Assembly: GCF_009834535.1 (NCBI RefSeq)
Contig: NC_045696.1
Span: forward strand, 35,962,001-36,026,000
Length of the DNA: 64,000 nucleotides
Source: Camelus ferus
Lineage: Eukaryota
Direction: 5' to 3'
Of this stretch, positions 1 through 13,399 are shown in pieces. Within the stretch, counting starts at the first letter, position 1, and each line of letters begins with the position of its first letter. The position numbers and the translations under genes are program-made. The notes beneath the pieces are model-generated. The model did not search any database. It was not told the origin of the DNA and saw only the letters and a list, made by a program, of their open reading frames with translations.

Positions 1-264
1 CGTTTTGTGGCTTGGTCTCTTCATTTATAAATTTAGGATTTTCATATAATTTGCTTCCCAATCAAAAAAGGAAACTGAGCATGAAGTGATTATGTAAACC
101 AAAAGAGTTAAATTCCCTGAAGATTAGTGTCATAAAAGTAGCACTCAAATTGGCAGGACATCTCCTTAAAGATTCTGCATTATTTTTTCTCAACGGATAA
201 ATTACATGGACTGTGGGTATAGGATCCCCTCGGATGTTTCAAAAATGTGACCATGATACTTCCA

Positions 265-545
265 CTTAGACCTACTCTATCAAAATCTCTGGAAGTTTGG
301 AACCAGAATATGCATTTTATTAAGCTCCCATGTGATTCTTATATACTAGGATTTGATAATTATTGCTTTTGAACAAGCCTTGGTTCACCAACCTGCTGAC
401 ACATTCAACTCCCCTGGGAGCTTTGAAAAAGTTAAACTGAATGAATCAGAATCTTGGGTGGGTATCGGGCCTGAGCATCTGATATTGTTAAAACTTGCCA
501 GCTGCCTCATGCCACCCGTGCACTGAAGCCTGAGAACCACTGCTT
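265..545. mobile_element. MER5-like hAT-Charlie DNA transposon remnants (two fragments)
   Basis: gaatcagaatct..ggg, tgcattttattaagctccca.gtgattct and tgagaaccactg motifs. Confidence 0.65.
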
Positions 546-2387
546 GCCTTCAAGTTCATAGAAAACCATGGAAAGTGAAGCACACCCTTTCTGATTTCAA
601 TAATGTAGGAATGATTATTACATCACTAACCAGAAAACTGATCATCTTTTCCAGGCTATTCATTTCAATCTGTACGATTATTAATGTTGAAATGCATGTC
701 CCTTCCTTATTTTCACAACAATAAGTGCCCTGGAAGCTACTGTATTGATTTCCTTTTCACCATTACAATGTGAGTATCCATAGCCAACTAGATCATGTAA
801 CAGTGGGCTTGATTACATGGTTTTGGGGGTTGTTACACTTGTGTTTGTGGAGATTGTTGCTCTGACAGTATATGAACACACTAGGGAATGACATGCTTTT
901 ATACACCCTAAGCTTCAAGCCCCAGTTATGCTCTTGAGATTTAAATACTATTCATGAGTGATGCTATACAGCCCGTTAAATCTCTTCACTCTTTCCATAT
1001 GGAAATGCTTTGCTTAAAACTGTTCCCTAGGGACAAAGAAAAAAGAGGAAATTATTTTTAAAATATGTTGGGAGTTTTACAGGGACATGCTATATACTGT
1101 ATACACAAGTGACAATTCTGAATAGACCGTGATGACCCAAGACTTTAATTTTGTGATTTAGTCTGACATTAACATCTTAATTCCCAGTTCAACAAATTCC
1201 AGTTCAACAGCATAATGAAGCTGGATGCCACACTTAATGCTGCTTTCAGAATGTACTTTGGGGGAATTGATTTAGGCCTTTTTTATCCTTGGGAAATATG
1301 ACTTTATGCTCTTAGCTTTAAAAATGAAAACAATATGTAATAAAATGAACACAGAAATGCACAACAAAAATGAGTGGGGATTAAGAGCCAATTGGCTAGA
1401 GACATGTCCCTTAGTCACTCTGGTTAGCAAAATCAACAGATATTTGGAGAGAAATGTTGATGATCAATAGAGAAAATACAGCATTGCATAAAGAAATACT
1501 ACTGCAATTCCAGATAGTTAGCTTAAAAGCTTCAAGAAACATGTCATACTTCAAGATAATCCAGGGGAAGTTGTGTTGCCTTGCACACAACTGAGGACAA
1601 ATCAAATTTTCTTAGCCAACAGAGACATTCGTGGATTTGAAAAGGCTTGCAGATGGTCTTCACAAATGATACCTTGGAGATAATGACATCAACTTTACAG
1701 GCGAGGTAAAAATCCAGTGGCTGGGATTTTGACAGCATGCGTTCCATTTAATGACAGTAAATAATAACTTCACATATTATATTGCACATTTTACATACTA
1801 TCCTGTAGGAGAATCACAGTGGAGTAAACAAAGGCAAAACAGATTCATATACAGTAGGCTGTGGTATGTTTCCCAACACTTTGATGTTCCTTCTTCTCCA
1901 TTTCAGTTACATCACATTGTTCCATGCCACCGGGTACCTGGTACCTGCGGTTACCTAGGACTAATACAGCAGTGATTTCTGTGATGACCAGGTATCTCAT
2001 GTAACTACCTCATTCCCAACCAGCAGAATCTTTCTACAGTGACTGTATGAGACTCACAGTCCAATAGGACTACGTTTGGCACACCAAGTAGACTCAATTT
2101 GGCCACTACAGTTTAAAACTATACAACTTAAAAAGCACTGGTACATGAAGAGATAGGGAGCTTGCTCTAGAAAATAAGTCAATGTACCATTGCCTTTATC
2201 AAGAAAATCCTTCCCCAAAAATGTCAGCTGAGTCTAACAGTGTGCTTTGTAATGAAATCACTTTATATCCTGGTGCAACAACTTATCTTATTGCAGAGCA
2301 GTAGCAAATAATTCAAAAACTTAGCAGCCATCTTAGGACTAGATTTGGGTAGCACTGATTAAAATATTTATTTACAACTATAATGTC

Positions 2388-2791
2388 TGTTATGAGTTGA
2401 ATGTCCCTACCCTAAACTCCAGAACCTGTGCATATGACCTGACTTGGAAAAATCATCTTTGCAGATGAAATTAAGTATCTCGAGATGAGCTCATGCTGGA
2501 TTACCTAGGCCCTAAATTCAATGTCAAATATCCTTACAAGAGACACAAAAGGAAAGGACATAGAGAGAAACTGAAGAAGACCATGTGAAGATGGTGGGAG
2601 ATATTGGAAATCGGCAGCCACAAATCAAGGAACACCTGGAGCCTCCAGAAGGTAGAAGAAGCCAGGAAGGATTCTCCCCTAGATCCCTTGGCTGGGCATG
2701 GCCTCCAGAACTGTGAGAGAAGAAATTTCTGCTGTTTTTAAGTCACCCAGTTTGTGGTGATATTTTTTACAGTAGCCCTAGGAAACTTTAC
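2388..2791 (+). mobile_element. MLT1 (MaLR) solo LTR
   Basis: Starts tgttatgagttgaatgt; contains ggcctccagaactgtgagagaagaaatttctg; ends agccctaggaaactttaca. Confidence 0.9.
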
Positions 2792-4719
2792 AGTGATGTA
2801 GATTTTTATTGTTATGGTAACTTCTAAAAACATCATCACATACATTCTTTAGGATATATTTTGGGGAATATAACTATGTATTATATATACACATATACAC
2901 ATAAATACATAAAACACATATGTATAAATGTATTTGTCAAAGAAAATGATTCCATAAGAAACTTTAATGGTTGCAATTCATAATTTACATAGTTCTTACA
3001 ATTAGTCAAGCAAGGGACTCTCATTTAGCTCAAGTACGTGTAAGTCTGCTGAACACTAAGAATGAAATGAGCCACTTATCACAAACATCTCTACCTAAAT
3101 TTTTGTTAGTGGAAGGCAACTTTTTCTTTTCTATAGAAATGTCATGCCATGAATTGTAATAATAAGAAATTGGACAAGGAATTTATGGTATGACTTCTGC
3201 ACACACATATAAGTATACCTAAACATACAGAAATACAAATACACACACTGATATCACTAGGGGCAGAAGCTGAGAAGATACTAATGTGTGAGTTCATGAT
3301 TTAAGTGTAAGAAATTCCCTCAGTATTCTATTTCCAAGTGCAAATTGATTTGGAAAATGACAGCAAGAATGCCCTATAATTAGCTCGACCATTTTATTTT
3401 TTGTTCTCTTCTTTCAAAAGGGAAGGAATAGTTTGAATCTCATCACAGCAAAACACAGTGTACAGGCACTGGATTTGTAACCCATCAGGAATGAAACCCT
3501 TTCAGGGATCTCTCACCCATATCACTTTTCCCTCTCTCAAAGCATTTATCCTACAGTTCACTATGTACAGTTGCACCTGCATGGTATATTCACATTCACT
3601 GCTGGAACTGCCAGCAAGTGACTTGCAGTTAACATGTTTCTGTTAAAATTAGCTAGGCTCTTTCTGTCTGTGAAACATCTGCTTTGAGTGATACTGCAGC
3701 AGCTGTGATGATCTAATAGTAAGCTAAGCACTTCAGTATTCAATTGTACAAAAGGGGCTTTGAGGAGAATGATAAATGACCTAAATTAGACGACGATTTT
3801 TAAGTACCTAATTTTAACCTTGCCTATAATGAATGCTTTTTTCTCAAGCTTCTTTGCACCTGTCGCTCTTGGAAAGCAAGTAAAACACGGCTGCTTGTTG
3901 TTTAGCTCAAGTTGCGTTCTCAACAGACTGTTAAGCAACGCCTGAAATGGTGGAATGAACCCATATTGTGTCTTTTAAGTCCTTTCTCTTCATTTTTGTT
4001 TCCTCTAATTTCCTCTGGTCTTGAAAGGCAGAACGTCCTCCAGAGATGCACATTTACTGCATAAATAACACTATATAAACCTACATATCATCCTTAAGAA
4101 ATTCTTTCATGTTATTAACATATTTCATTTTTAGACTCATTAGTTTTTTCCCTAAAAACTTTTCCATACAGAAAGAACAGTATTTTGATTCAATTTTATA
4201 TTTACATGCCTACATTGTTAGGTAAATATGTGCACTAGATAATGTATGACTATTAAGAAAGTATATATTCATCCCTTTAAAATTATAAAGGTAATTGGGT
4301 TCCAGTTGTCAAAAGCAATCCCTTCTAGCTCACCAATTCCCGCCCTTTTTCATACACACATTGGAAACAGAATAATGAAATTATTCTTACCATCTGGAAA
4401 ACAATGGAATAATAATATCCACTTTACAAAGTACTTCCAGAACAACAAAGCATTTCTTTTGTTTCTGACAATAGGATCACTGAGGTAAGCTTCCTCTGTG
4501 ATAAATGATACAAGATTTAGACAGTTTAACTGCACGCAAGGGTGAAGTCAAAACTGATGCCTGGGTCTGCTTTAATTTTATTTTTATTAGTGTTATTAAT
4601 ACTCTTTCCACTATATAAAAATGATAAAAGAAAGGGAGTACATTAAACATAGTTTCAATCATCGGTCAAAATGTCATGCCTTCTATATGTGAAAAGGCAT
4701 AAAATGCACCAATCTTTTA

Positions 4720-5960
4720 TTATTTTCTTTATTAAATTATTTTCCTAAAATTATCAAAGTAATATTTGCACACAAGAACTGGTAAAGTAACACAGTGGTG
4801 TGTGAAGAAAGCTAATATATGCTCTCCCCAACCCTTTTCCATTTAAATCTCTGTCTCCAATAGACAACCAGTACTGCCTTTGCCCTGCTCTAAAAATGAG
4901 CAAGCGTCCATACACAAGCACAGCGTTTTATTGTTAACGTGTCTCTTTAAGAAAATGTATTAATAGTATAGACATTACTTTTCAACTGGCTTTTCTCTCT
5001 TAATAATATGCCATTGGCCTACCTCAGGTGAACAGATAAAAGAGTTTACCTAAGACATGCTCTCAATTTACTTAGCAGCTGGCATTTATTTACAGCAGCC
5101 TATGGTGAAGGAGACCCTCTGGCCTACTGGCCCCTTTGACCCCTTCCCTCTGAAGGTATTTTTTGTGCTTCATCCTGTATTATCAACCCAGGTCAAGACA
5201 CCTAGAGGTCCCTGCTAATATATGCCAGGGACGGCGATTTCTACATATTCCTTTACTTGTTCTTATCTTCTTGCTTTTCATGGTTACCCATTCAAAAGCA
5301 TACACTTCTGCTTTACCATCTTCTAGCACTTAGAGGACACCCTGTCTTAAAGAATGTCTCAGTCCTGGGTACATGTCTACCCACTGATGGACATTCGCAT
5401 TATTTCCAGATTTTTGCAAAAATAATTACCCCAAGAAACATTAACATTACATTATAAAAAAGTATGGGTATACATACTCATTCTTTAAATTTTGTAAGAC
5501 AGTTTTCCAGGAGAGGGATTGTCAAATTTATGTTGGTGTTTACAAATGTACCCTTCTGATTTAGTCCTACCTAATAAAAGTTACTGCTTTTTTGCAATTT
5601 TTGTCAGTCTTACTACAAATTTTTATCATATTTTTACTTGGTTTGTATTATTCTGACTACTATTATTTACTATTTAGATTTGCTCTTCTGTGATTTTTCT
5701 ACTCATAATATTTCTCCATTTTCTTTGTTCTTGGACTTTGGTAGTTTGTTAGTTCAAAATTAAAGATACTAATCCCTTGTGCTTCAAAAATATAGCTATG
5801 TAGCTTATTTACCTGTTGACCCCATTTATCACAATTTTTTCTCTATACTTAAATAATCCTATATGTCTTTTTCTGGTGTCCAAGTTTCTGGTTGTGTTTT
5901 AAAATCTTCTCCTGCCACATTTTTAGTCTCTTACATCTACCAAAACATTTCAGTAATTTT
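4720..5960 (-). mobile_element. Very old L1 (L1ME-like) 3' fragments, interrupted
   Basis: Decayed motifs such as ccactgatggacatt..tttccagattttt and tttagatttgctcttctgtga. Confidence 0.5.
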
Positions 5961-6073
5961 AATGTATACGTAATTTATCATTAGATGCAATAGAATAGAG
6001 TTTGTTTTTATGTTCTCCTAGGGAGATGGTTACTTACTATACTTCATGAGTTTACTAAGATCTGCAGTGTAGT

Positions 6074-6528
6074 TGTTAACAGAGTCAATCCACCAAGGGC
6101 CCTGAGTATCTTTGTGTATTCCTATCGAGTATGCCAAGAATGAAAAGCCCTCACTGCTCTGTCTCCAGACAACTTCTTGGGGTTCCTTTTACAGCAAAAA
6201 CCTGGAGGGATATGGTCCTCTCTTTCTCAGAAACAAAGAACAGGTTTACTTGTCCCTCATTATTAAAGTGGTAGATTCCCCAAACAATTCTTTTGTGTTC
6301 TGTAATAGAACCCACTGCAAGGGCAGGCATGCACCCGAGCCATCTACTTCATCTGCATAAGACTTGGAAAGTGAAGGGAAACGATGCAAACATACTCATG
6401 TCATTTGATGTAACATCAAAAATGAGCCTTTTTTCTCTCATCCATGAGTCTAGTGTCTTCTGCTGGTATCCATTCAACAGTAATAGGCTAACCTAGCTTG
6501 TAACTAGAGTAAAATCCCATATCCAACA
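6074..6528 (+). mobile_element. ERVL-type solo LTR (MER54/MER73/MER88-like)
   Basis: TG..CA bounded, about 450 bp, with gagtatgccaagaatg motif. Confidence 0.55.
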
Positions 6529-6664
6529 GCAAAGATTTAGATAGCTGTATACACACATATACAGCCATACATATACAAACAGACAAGCTCAATGAGTATA
6601 TTTAAGATCTTATCTTCTTTATTATTTCTATCACTTGAGCTAATTTTGAGAGCATATATAAAAA

Positions 6665-7001
6665 TCTAATTTCTCTATCCAGTCATCAATTGATGAATAC
6701 TTGTTTCCATGTCTTGGCTATTGTAAATAATGCTTTAATGAACATGGGGTTGGGGGAGCAGAAATCTTTTCAAGTTAATGTTATCATTTTCTCTGGATAA
6801 ATACCCAAAAGTGGAAATGGTGGATCATATGGTAGTTATATTTTTAATTTTTTGAGAAGCCTCCATACAGTTTTCCATAGTAACTACACCAATTTACTTT
6901 CTCACTAATAACGCACAAGGGTTCCCTTGCCTCCACATCCTTGCCAGCACTTTTATTTCTTGTCTTTCTGATAACAGCCATTCTAACAGATGTGAGGTGA
7001 T
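6665..7001 (-). mobile_element. L1 ORF2 3' end fragment
   Basis: Minus translation YHLTSVRMAVIRKTRNKSAGKDVE..EPL..VNWCS is L1 ORF2 C-terminal sequence. Confidence 0.9.
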
Positions 7002-7002
7002 A

Positions 7003-7385
7003 TTGAAACTGAGCAGGACTCTGTGGGTCTTTCCCAGGTACAGACACCCCTCAGGTCCCCCAACTCCTGTTTGTAGAAAAGCTTTAGCCTCCTAGTCATT
7101 TCCCAACTTCCAAAGAGCAAATTTAATCAGAGAAGTGAGAAAATGCAGAAACAAAGGGAAGAAGTCAAGCAAGACAAAATAATAATAGTTTAGCCATTAA
7201 AAAAATAATCAAAGGCCTTTAGTTCCTTCTCAAGGGTTCTACATAATATCCTGAGCCATATCCTTGAGTTGCTTTGCAGATACTAAAACCTCGACCAGGT
7301 GGAAGAAGTTAACTGCATGCTGACACCAGCACCTAGACCTCAGACTGGTTGGAACCAGACTGAAGATTGAGATTCCCAAAACATC
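7003..7385 (+). mobile_element. ERV LTR fragment adjoining the L1
   Basis: Begins tgaaactgagcaggac where L1 similarity stops; LTR U3-like content; 3' end missing. Confidence 0.65.
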
Positions 7386-8807
7386 ATATTTTTCCTATTT
7401 TTCTGTATGTTTAACAAATATATGATTTTTAGTCATAAATATTACATTCTGGGTTTTTATTATTTTTTTCCATTATATAGTACCTCCTTTTAGCCTAAAT
7501 AATTTTCACTTTAAATTCTATCAACTATTGATACTGCAGTACTATTTTTAGCAATCTTTTTCTTTCTGCATTTTCTGTACAGATTTCTATGTTAATGCCA
7601 CAATGTTATCTTCCTATTAACTACTTATCTCTTCAACTAAGTCCAGGAAAGCAACTATTCTGTTTTTTATTTTTAATTTTTATTATTATTTTTCCTGCTG
7701 CTTTTAATTTACATCCCCTTACTTTTCTTTATTAATCTCTTCATTTATTTTCTTAGAGGATTTTAAACATACTTTGCTATATACTTTTCAGAATATTATG
7801 ATAACATTTGAATTTTCTTTGGAAGAATACTCTTTCATTTATTGCCTATTTTTTATGAAATCAATATTCCTCAACCTGCTCTGACACATGAGTTTGAAAG
7901 GTTACCTCCTCTGGTACTGGGCTTTTATTTAAATGTGCCCAGGTGTACACTCATGTATGTGTTTCATTCTCTCTTTCTTTGCATCCGCTTTCCAGTTTGG
8001 TGGAAAGTTCTTCATCTGACCTTACGTGGTTCTGAGTTCAGACCCAGATTTAATATTGGTACCTTGAGGTCGTTCATCCAAGAAACAAAGCAGGTGCTCA
8101 GGAGCCACGGTGTGGCCTTGCCCCAGATCCTATTCCATGGCCATGTATCTCTCTGTTCCCTCTTGTCATTCCCAGAAGTAGGTCAACGAGAGTCCCAGCA
8201 CTCAGTAATGCGTGCAGTTGATTTCAGCCTCCCAGCTTGCACAGGGAAGCTGGTTTCAGGTACTATGTCTGGTTCTGGTCTCTCATCATATTAGACGGGC
8301 TTTGTCCCTCTTGTCGCTTAGGAAGGAAATCTCGACAAGCACTGCACATTTATGCCTAGGGCCAGGCGCTTTTCAATTCCTGCCACAGGTTTTCTTCTGT
8401 TTCTTGTCCACAGAAATGCTTAGACTGTTTTAAAACATGGCTATATCTTCTTTTTAATATGAAAAAAACTGCAGTAGGAGTGAGTTTGAGAATTTCAAAG
8501 GTTACAATGTTATTTTAATGTTATTTTTAACTGGAAGTGCTTGATTAACTTCTATTCTACCTTTAGGGCATATATTTATAAATGTCCTTCCTCTATTCTT
8601 CCTCAGTTTTGAGCATGCCAAGACCCAAAAGAGATTTAAATAGCTACAAGATGTTTTGATGTTTGGTGGTTGTACTAATACTTTCATGGCTCCAAAACAT
8701 GCCTTCATTCTGAGTGAAAATACATAACACACTGCACCACAAACTTCTTATTTTTTGTTTGAAAAAATTCACCTTTAAATATCACAGCCTCTAACAAAGG
8801 TGGTAAG

Positions 8808-9856
8808 GTTTTTTGTTTTTTAATTGAAGTATACTCCATTTACAATGTTGTGTTAGTCTCTGGTGTACAGCATGGTGATTCAGTTATACACACAAACACA
8901 CACACACACACATATATATTCTTTTTCATTATAGGTTACTATAAGATACTGAATATAGTTCCATGTGCTATACAGTAGAAACTTGTTGTTTATCTATTTT
9001 ATACATACCAGTTAGTATCTTCAAACCCCAGACTCCCAATTTATCCCTCCCCTGCATACCCACTTTGTAACCTTAAGTTTGCTTTCTATGTCTATGAGTC
9101 TGTTTCTGTTTTGTAAATAAATTCATTTGTGTCATTTTTTGATTCCACATGTAAGTATTTGGTACTTGTCTTTCTCTTTCTGACTTATTGCACTTAGTAT
9201 GATAATCCCTAGGTCCATCCATGTTACTGTAAATGGCATTATTTCATTCTTTTTTATGGCTGGGTAATATTTATATATATGCCACATCTTAATCCAATCA
9301 CCTGTTGATGGGCACTTGGGTTCCTCCACATCTTTGCTATTGTAAATAGTGCTTCTATGAACATTGGGGTGCGTGTATCTTTTTGAATTAGAGTTCCCTC
9401 TGCATATATGCCCAGGAGTAGGATTGATGGGTCACAGGGTAAGTCCATTTTTAGTTTTTTAAGGAATTCCATACTGTTTTCCATAATTGCTACACCAAAT
9501 TACATTCCTACCAACAGTGTAAGAGGGTTTCCTTTTCTCCATACCATTTCCAGCATTTATCGTTTGTGGACATTTTAACAATGACCATTCTAACCATTGT
9601 GAGGTGATACGTCATTGTAGTTTTGATTTGCATTTCCTGATAATTAGTGATATCAAACATCTTATAATATGCTTATTGGCCAAAATAAGTATGTCTTCAT
9701 TGGAGAAATGTCTGTTTAGGTCTTCTGCCCATTCTTCGACTGGGTTGTTTGTTCTTTTGTTATTGGGTTGTATGAACTGTTTGTACATTTTGGATATTAA
9801 CCCTTTGCCAGTCACATCATTTGCAAATATTTTCTCCCATTGTGTAGGTTGTCTTT
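8808..9856 (-). mobile_element. 5'-truncated L1 (ORF2 C-terminus plus 3' UTR)
   Basis: ORF-track peptides [39 protein letters not shown]-rich tail at the left. Confidence 0.95.
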
Positions 9857-10190
9857 GGTAATTTAAAAATTAATTTTGAAGGATTATAGTAAATCCTCAT
9901 GTGTTTTGCTTTAGAAAAAATGAACAATTAAGCAGAAATTCAAAGGTTTTTTCAGTATAGGAGAATTTGATCATTCAGATTAACACTTTTTATAAAAAAG
10001 AATAAGATTTAATCAGTGTTTAACCATCTAAATATTTAACAGAGGGTATTAATTCCTAGTATTGTAACAGAAGACATAAATCTGAGCAAGGATGTAATAA
10101 TCACTTTATCTACCTTCTTTTTGCTAATCCATAGTCACTTTCTCCCTTTTGAGTTGACATAGATATATATTCTCATTAAGATATCAAAAA

Positions 10191-10337
10191 GAAGGGAGGG
10201 TATAGCTCAGCGGTAGAGCGCATGCTTAGCATGCACAAGGTCCTGGGTTCAATCCCCAGTACCTTCATTTAATAAACAAACAAACAAGTAAACCTAATTA
10301 CCTCCTCCACTGCCCACCCTTCCCTCCACCCCAAAAG
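10191..10337 (+). mobile_element. tRNA-derived SINE (camelid Vic-1 type) with 13-bp target-site duplication
   Basis: gggagggtatagctcagcggtagagc..gggttcaatccccagtacc (A and B boxes); AAGATATCAAAAA at 10178-10190 and 10338-10350. Confidence 0.92.
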
Positions 10338-10629
10338 AAGATATCAAAAAAATCACAGGCTATTTTCAAAGATAATATAAACATGAATCAAAATTTCTTA
10401 TCACATAGAAAGAATATTAAATATATGAGACATAAATAAAAATCATAAAATAATGTCTGATTTTCAGCTAGAAAAAATTCTGGATTTCACTGAAGAGTTC
10501 TTACTTTTTAAAAAATGTATTTTGTGAGTGATTATATGGAAGAATTTTTCAAAGAAAATGTCATATTGTACAATGAGATGATAAAATACAACAGTAATTG
10601 GTGAACATTAATTTATTAAATTACAATTT

Positions 10630-10880
10630 GTAGACCTTTGGAGTATGTAAGACAGACCTTGCGGGCCAGACTGCCAAGTAAAATTCTGACTCTCCTGCTT
10701 GACAGCAGTGTGACCTTGGGCAAGTTACTCCACTTTTCTCAGTTTCAGCTACCTCATGTTTAAAAACAGTGAGGAAAAAAATAACAATACTTACCTCCTA
10801 GAGCTATAGTTAGAAATAAAAGATTAAATATATTTTAAAAGCTTAGGACAATAGTTTGCCCATTGTAAAGATTACATAAT
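10630..10880 (+). mobile_element. MIR SINE
   Basis: Core tgtgaccttgggcaagttact..ctcagtttc. Confidence 0.85.
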
Positions 10881-11431
10881 CATCAATGCCTTCGTGGAAA
10901 CATAAAAATTCTTAAAATTTGCAAATCAAGTTTGTTACTTGTCATATAAATTTTCTTATCAAAGACAGGGTCTTTAGTCAGTGATATCTAATTGCAATCT
11001 GAAATATCCATTTCTCACTGGTATACATATTTTGACTTCTTTCTCATTCTGTTAGAGGATGTTTGAGGCCTTTACACTTGTAAAGTGAAAAGTAGAAAAT
11101 ACCACCATAAATGCAATCATTTTGCCTGCTTTCTAAGGTAAAAATATATTTACTTTTATCCAAAACATAAAATAATAAAGATAATTAAGGGATTTCTATC
11201 ACTTTACTGTCTAAAATGAAGTATTATTGTAAATGTTATATAAGAATGAACACACGTGATAAAAATTCTATATTATACTGATTGAGTATTCTTTATTCAG
11301 CAACTAGTCTATGCAAAATAAGAATTCCAGCTTTGTAATAATGGCCCACCTCTTTATATTACACTTATTTTTTCAAATAACCTCTATAATTTTATGACAT
11401 CCTGTGAGGCAGTTTTAAACAGGAGGCCTTA

Positions 11432-11866
11432 CAGAGTTAATTTTATGCATCAACTTGACTGGGACACTTGATGCCCAGATACCTAGTTAAACATTATTTC
11501 TGGGTATGTCTGGGAAGGTGTTCTCAGAAGAGATTTGTATTTGAATTGGTAGAATAAGTGAAGTAGGTGGCCCTCTTCAGTGTAGATGGATATCATCCAA
11601 TCTGTTGAGGGCCTGAATAGAACAAAAAGGAAGAAAAAGGTGAATTCTCTCTGCCTGGCTGAGCTAGGCATCAGTCTTCTCCTGCCCTTGATGCTCCTGG
11701 TTCTTGAGCCTTCAATCTCAGACTGGAATCTATACCATTGGTTTTCTGGATTTCAGGCCTTCAAACTAGAACACAAGTTTTCCTGGGTCTCTGGCTTGCA
11801 GATGTTAAGACTGTGGGACTTCCCAGCCTCCATAATCAGTGAACCAATTCCTTAGAATAAATCTCA
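11432..11866 (+). mobile_element. MLT2 (ERVL) LTR
   Basis: gttaattttatg..caacttgactgg, aaacattatttctgggt.tgtctg, atccaatctgttgagggcctgaatagaacaaaaagg. Confidence 0.9.
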
Positions 11867-12249
11867 AAATTAAAAAAGTACTCAAGGCATAACGGAACAT
11901 ATCAAAACAATGCTGAAGCCAGCTTGAAGGGGCTCTCCCGGCAAGTCTGAAAAAAGTTGACTATCAAAACATATAACAAATTTATAAAACTTCATCTGTT
12001 TTACACTTAAAATGGGTAGATAAATAGACACTGACGTATTATAATTTAATGAATATAATATGATTTCATGTGTTCACACAGATAAAACAACTAGTAAATA
12101 AGAAAGAGAAGAAAGGGAGAAGACAAAGTTCACCTGTATAGTAGGATAACAAAAAACAGAATGTGGAGTTAGATAATCACAATTTGTCAACCACTCTAGC
12201 AATAATTATTTCAGAATATTCAGTAAAATCATAGTAATTTTTCCTCAAG

Positions 12250-13372
12250 TCAGTTTCCTAAGGCAAAAGAAAAATCAAAAACAAACAAATGGGATCTAAT
12301 TAAAATTAAAAGCTTTTGCAGAGTAAAGAAAACCATTGACAAAAGGAAAAGACAACATACAGAATGGGGAAAATATTTGCAAATGAGGGATTAACATCTA
12401 AAATATACAAACAGTTCATACAAATCAACAAGAACAACAAAAATCCAATCAAAAAATGGGCAGAATATTTGAATAGACATTTTTCCAAAAAAGACATACA
12501 GATGGCTAACAGGCACATAAAAAAGATGCTCAACATAACTAATTATTAGAGAAATGCAAATCAAAACTACAATGAAGTCTTACCTTATACAAATCAGAAT
12601 GGCTATTATCAAAAAGTCTATAAATAACAAATGTTGAAGAGGATGTAGAAGAAAAGGGACTCTCATACACTGCTGGTGAGAATATAAATTGGTGCAGCCA
12701 CCATGGAAAACAGCATGGAAGCTCCTTTAAAAAACTAAAAAGAGAATGACCATATGATCTAGCAATCCCACTCCAGAGTATAAATCTGGAAAAAAATGAA
12801 AACACTAATTTGAAAAGATAAATAAACCTCAATGTTCATAGCAGTACTATTTACAATAGTCAAGACATGGAAGCCTATTGACAGATTAAGAAAATTGGAT
12901 TAAGAAGAATATGGTGGAATATTACTCAGCCATAAAAAAGAGTGAAATAATGCCATTTGCAGCAACATGGATGGACCTAGAGAATATTATGTTTAGTGAA
13001 ATAAGTCAAAGAAAGGCAAATACTATACAATATCACTTTTATGTAGAATCTAAAAAATAATACAAATAAAGATATATATAAACCAGAAACAGACTCAAAG
13101 ACATAGAAAAAAGACTTGTGGTTGCCAAAGGGGAGAGGGAAGGGTGCAGGGATAAATAAGGGGTATGGGATTAACAGATACAAACTACTATATGTAAATG
13201 GATAAACAACAAAGATATACTGTATAGCACAGTGTTTTACCTATTATCTTGTAATACCAATACTGGAATATAATCTGCAAAAATACTGAATCACTATGCT
13301 GTACACCTGAAATCAACACAATATTGTAAATCCACTATACTTCAATAAAAAGATAAAATTAATAAATAAAAT
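12250..13372 (+). mobile_element. 5'-truncated L1 (ORF2 C-terminus plus 3' UTR), inserted in older L1M sequence
   Basis: Peptide [29 protein letters not shown]; ends tatacttcaataaaaa plus an A-rich tail. Confidence 0.95.
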
Positions 13373-13399
13373 CAATCTTATTTATTCAATAAAATTTTT

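Noticed and set aside
1544..1747. Coding exon in the 67-aa minus ORF
   Set aside because: No recognisable homology, no convincing acceptor, and no partner exons.
7842..8294. 150-aa + strand ORF
   Set aside because: It starts at TTG, lies in decayed repeat-like sequence, and shows no recognisable domain.
10194..10265. tRNA-Ala gene (also near 50403)
   Set aside because: It has a SINE tail, target-site duplications and no Pol III T-run terminator, so it is a tRNA-derived SINE.
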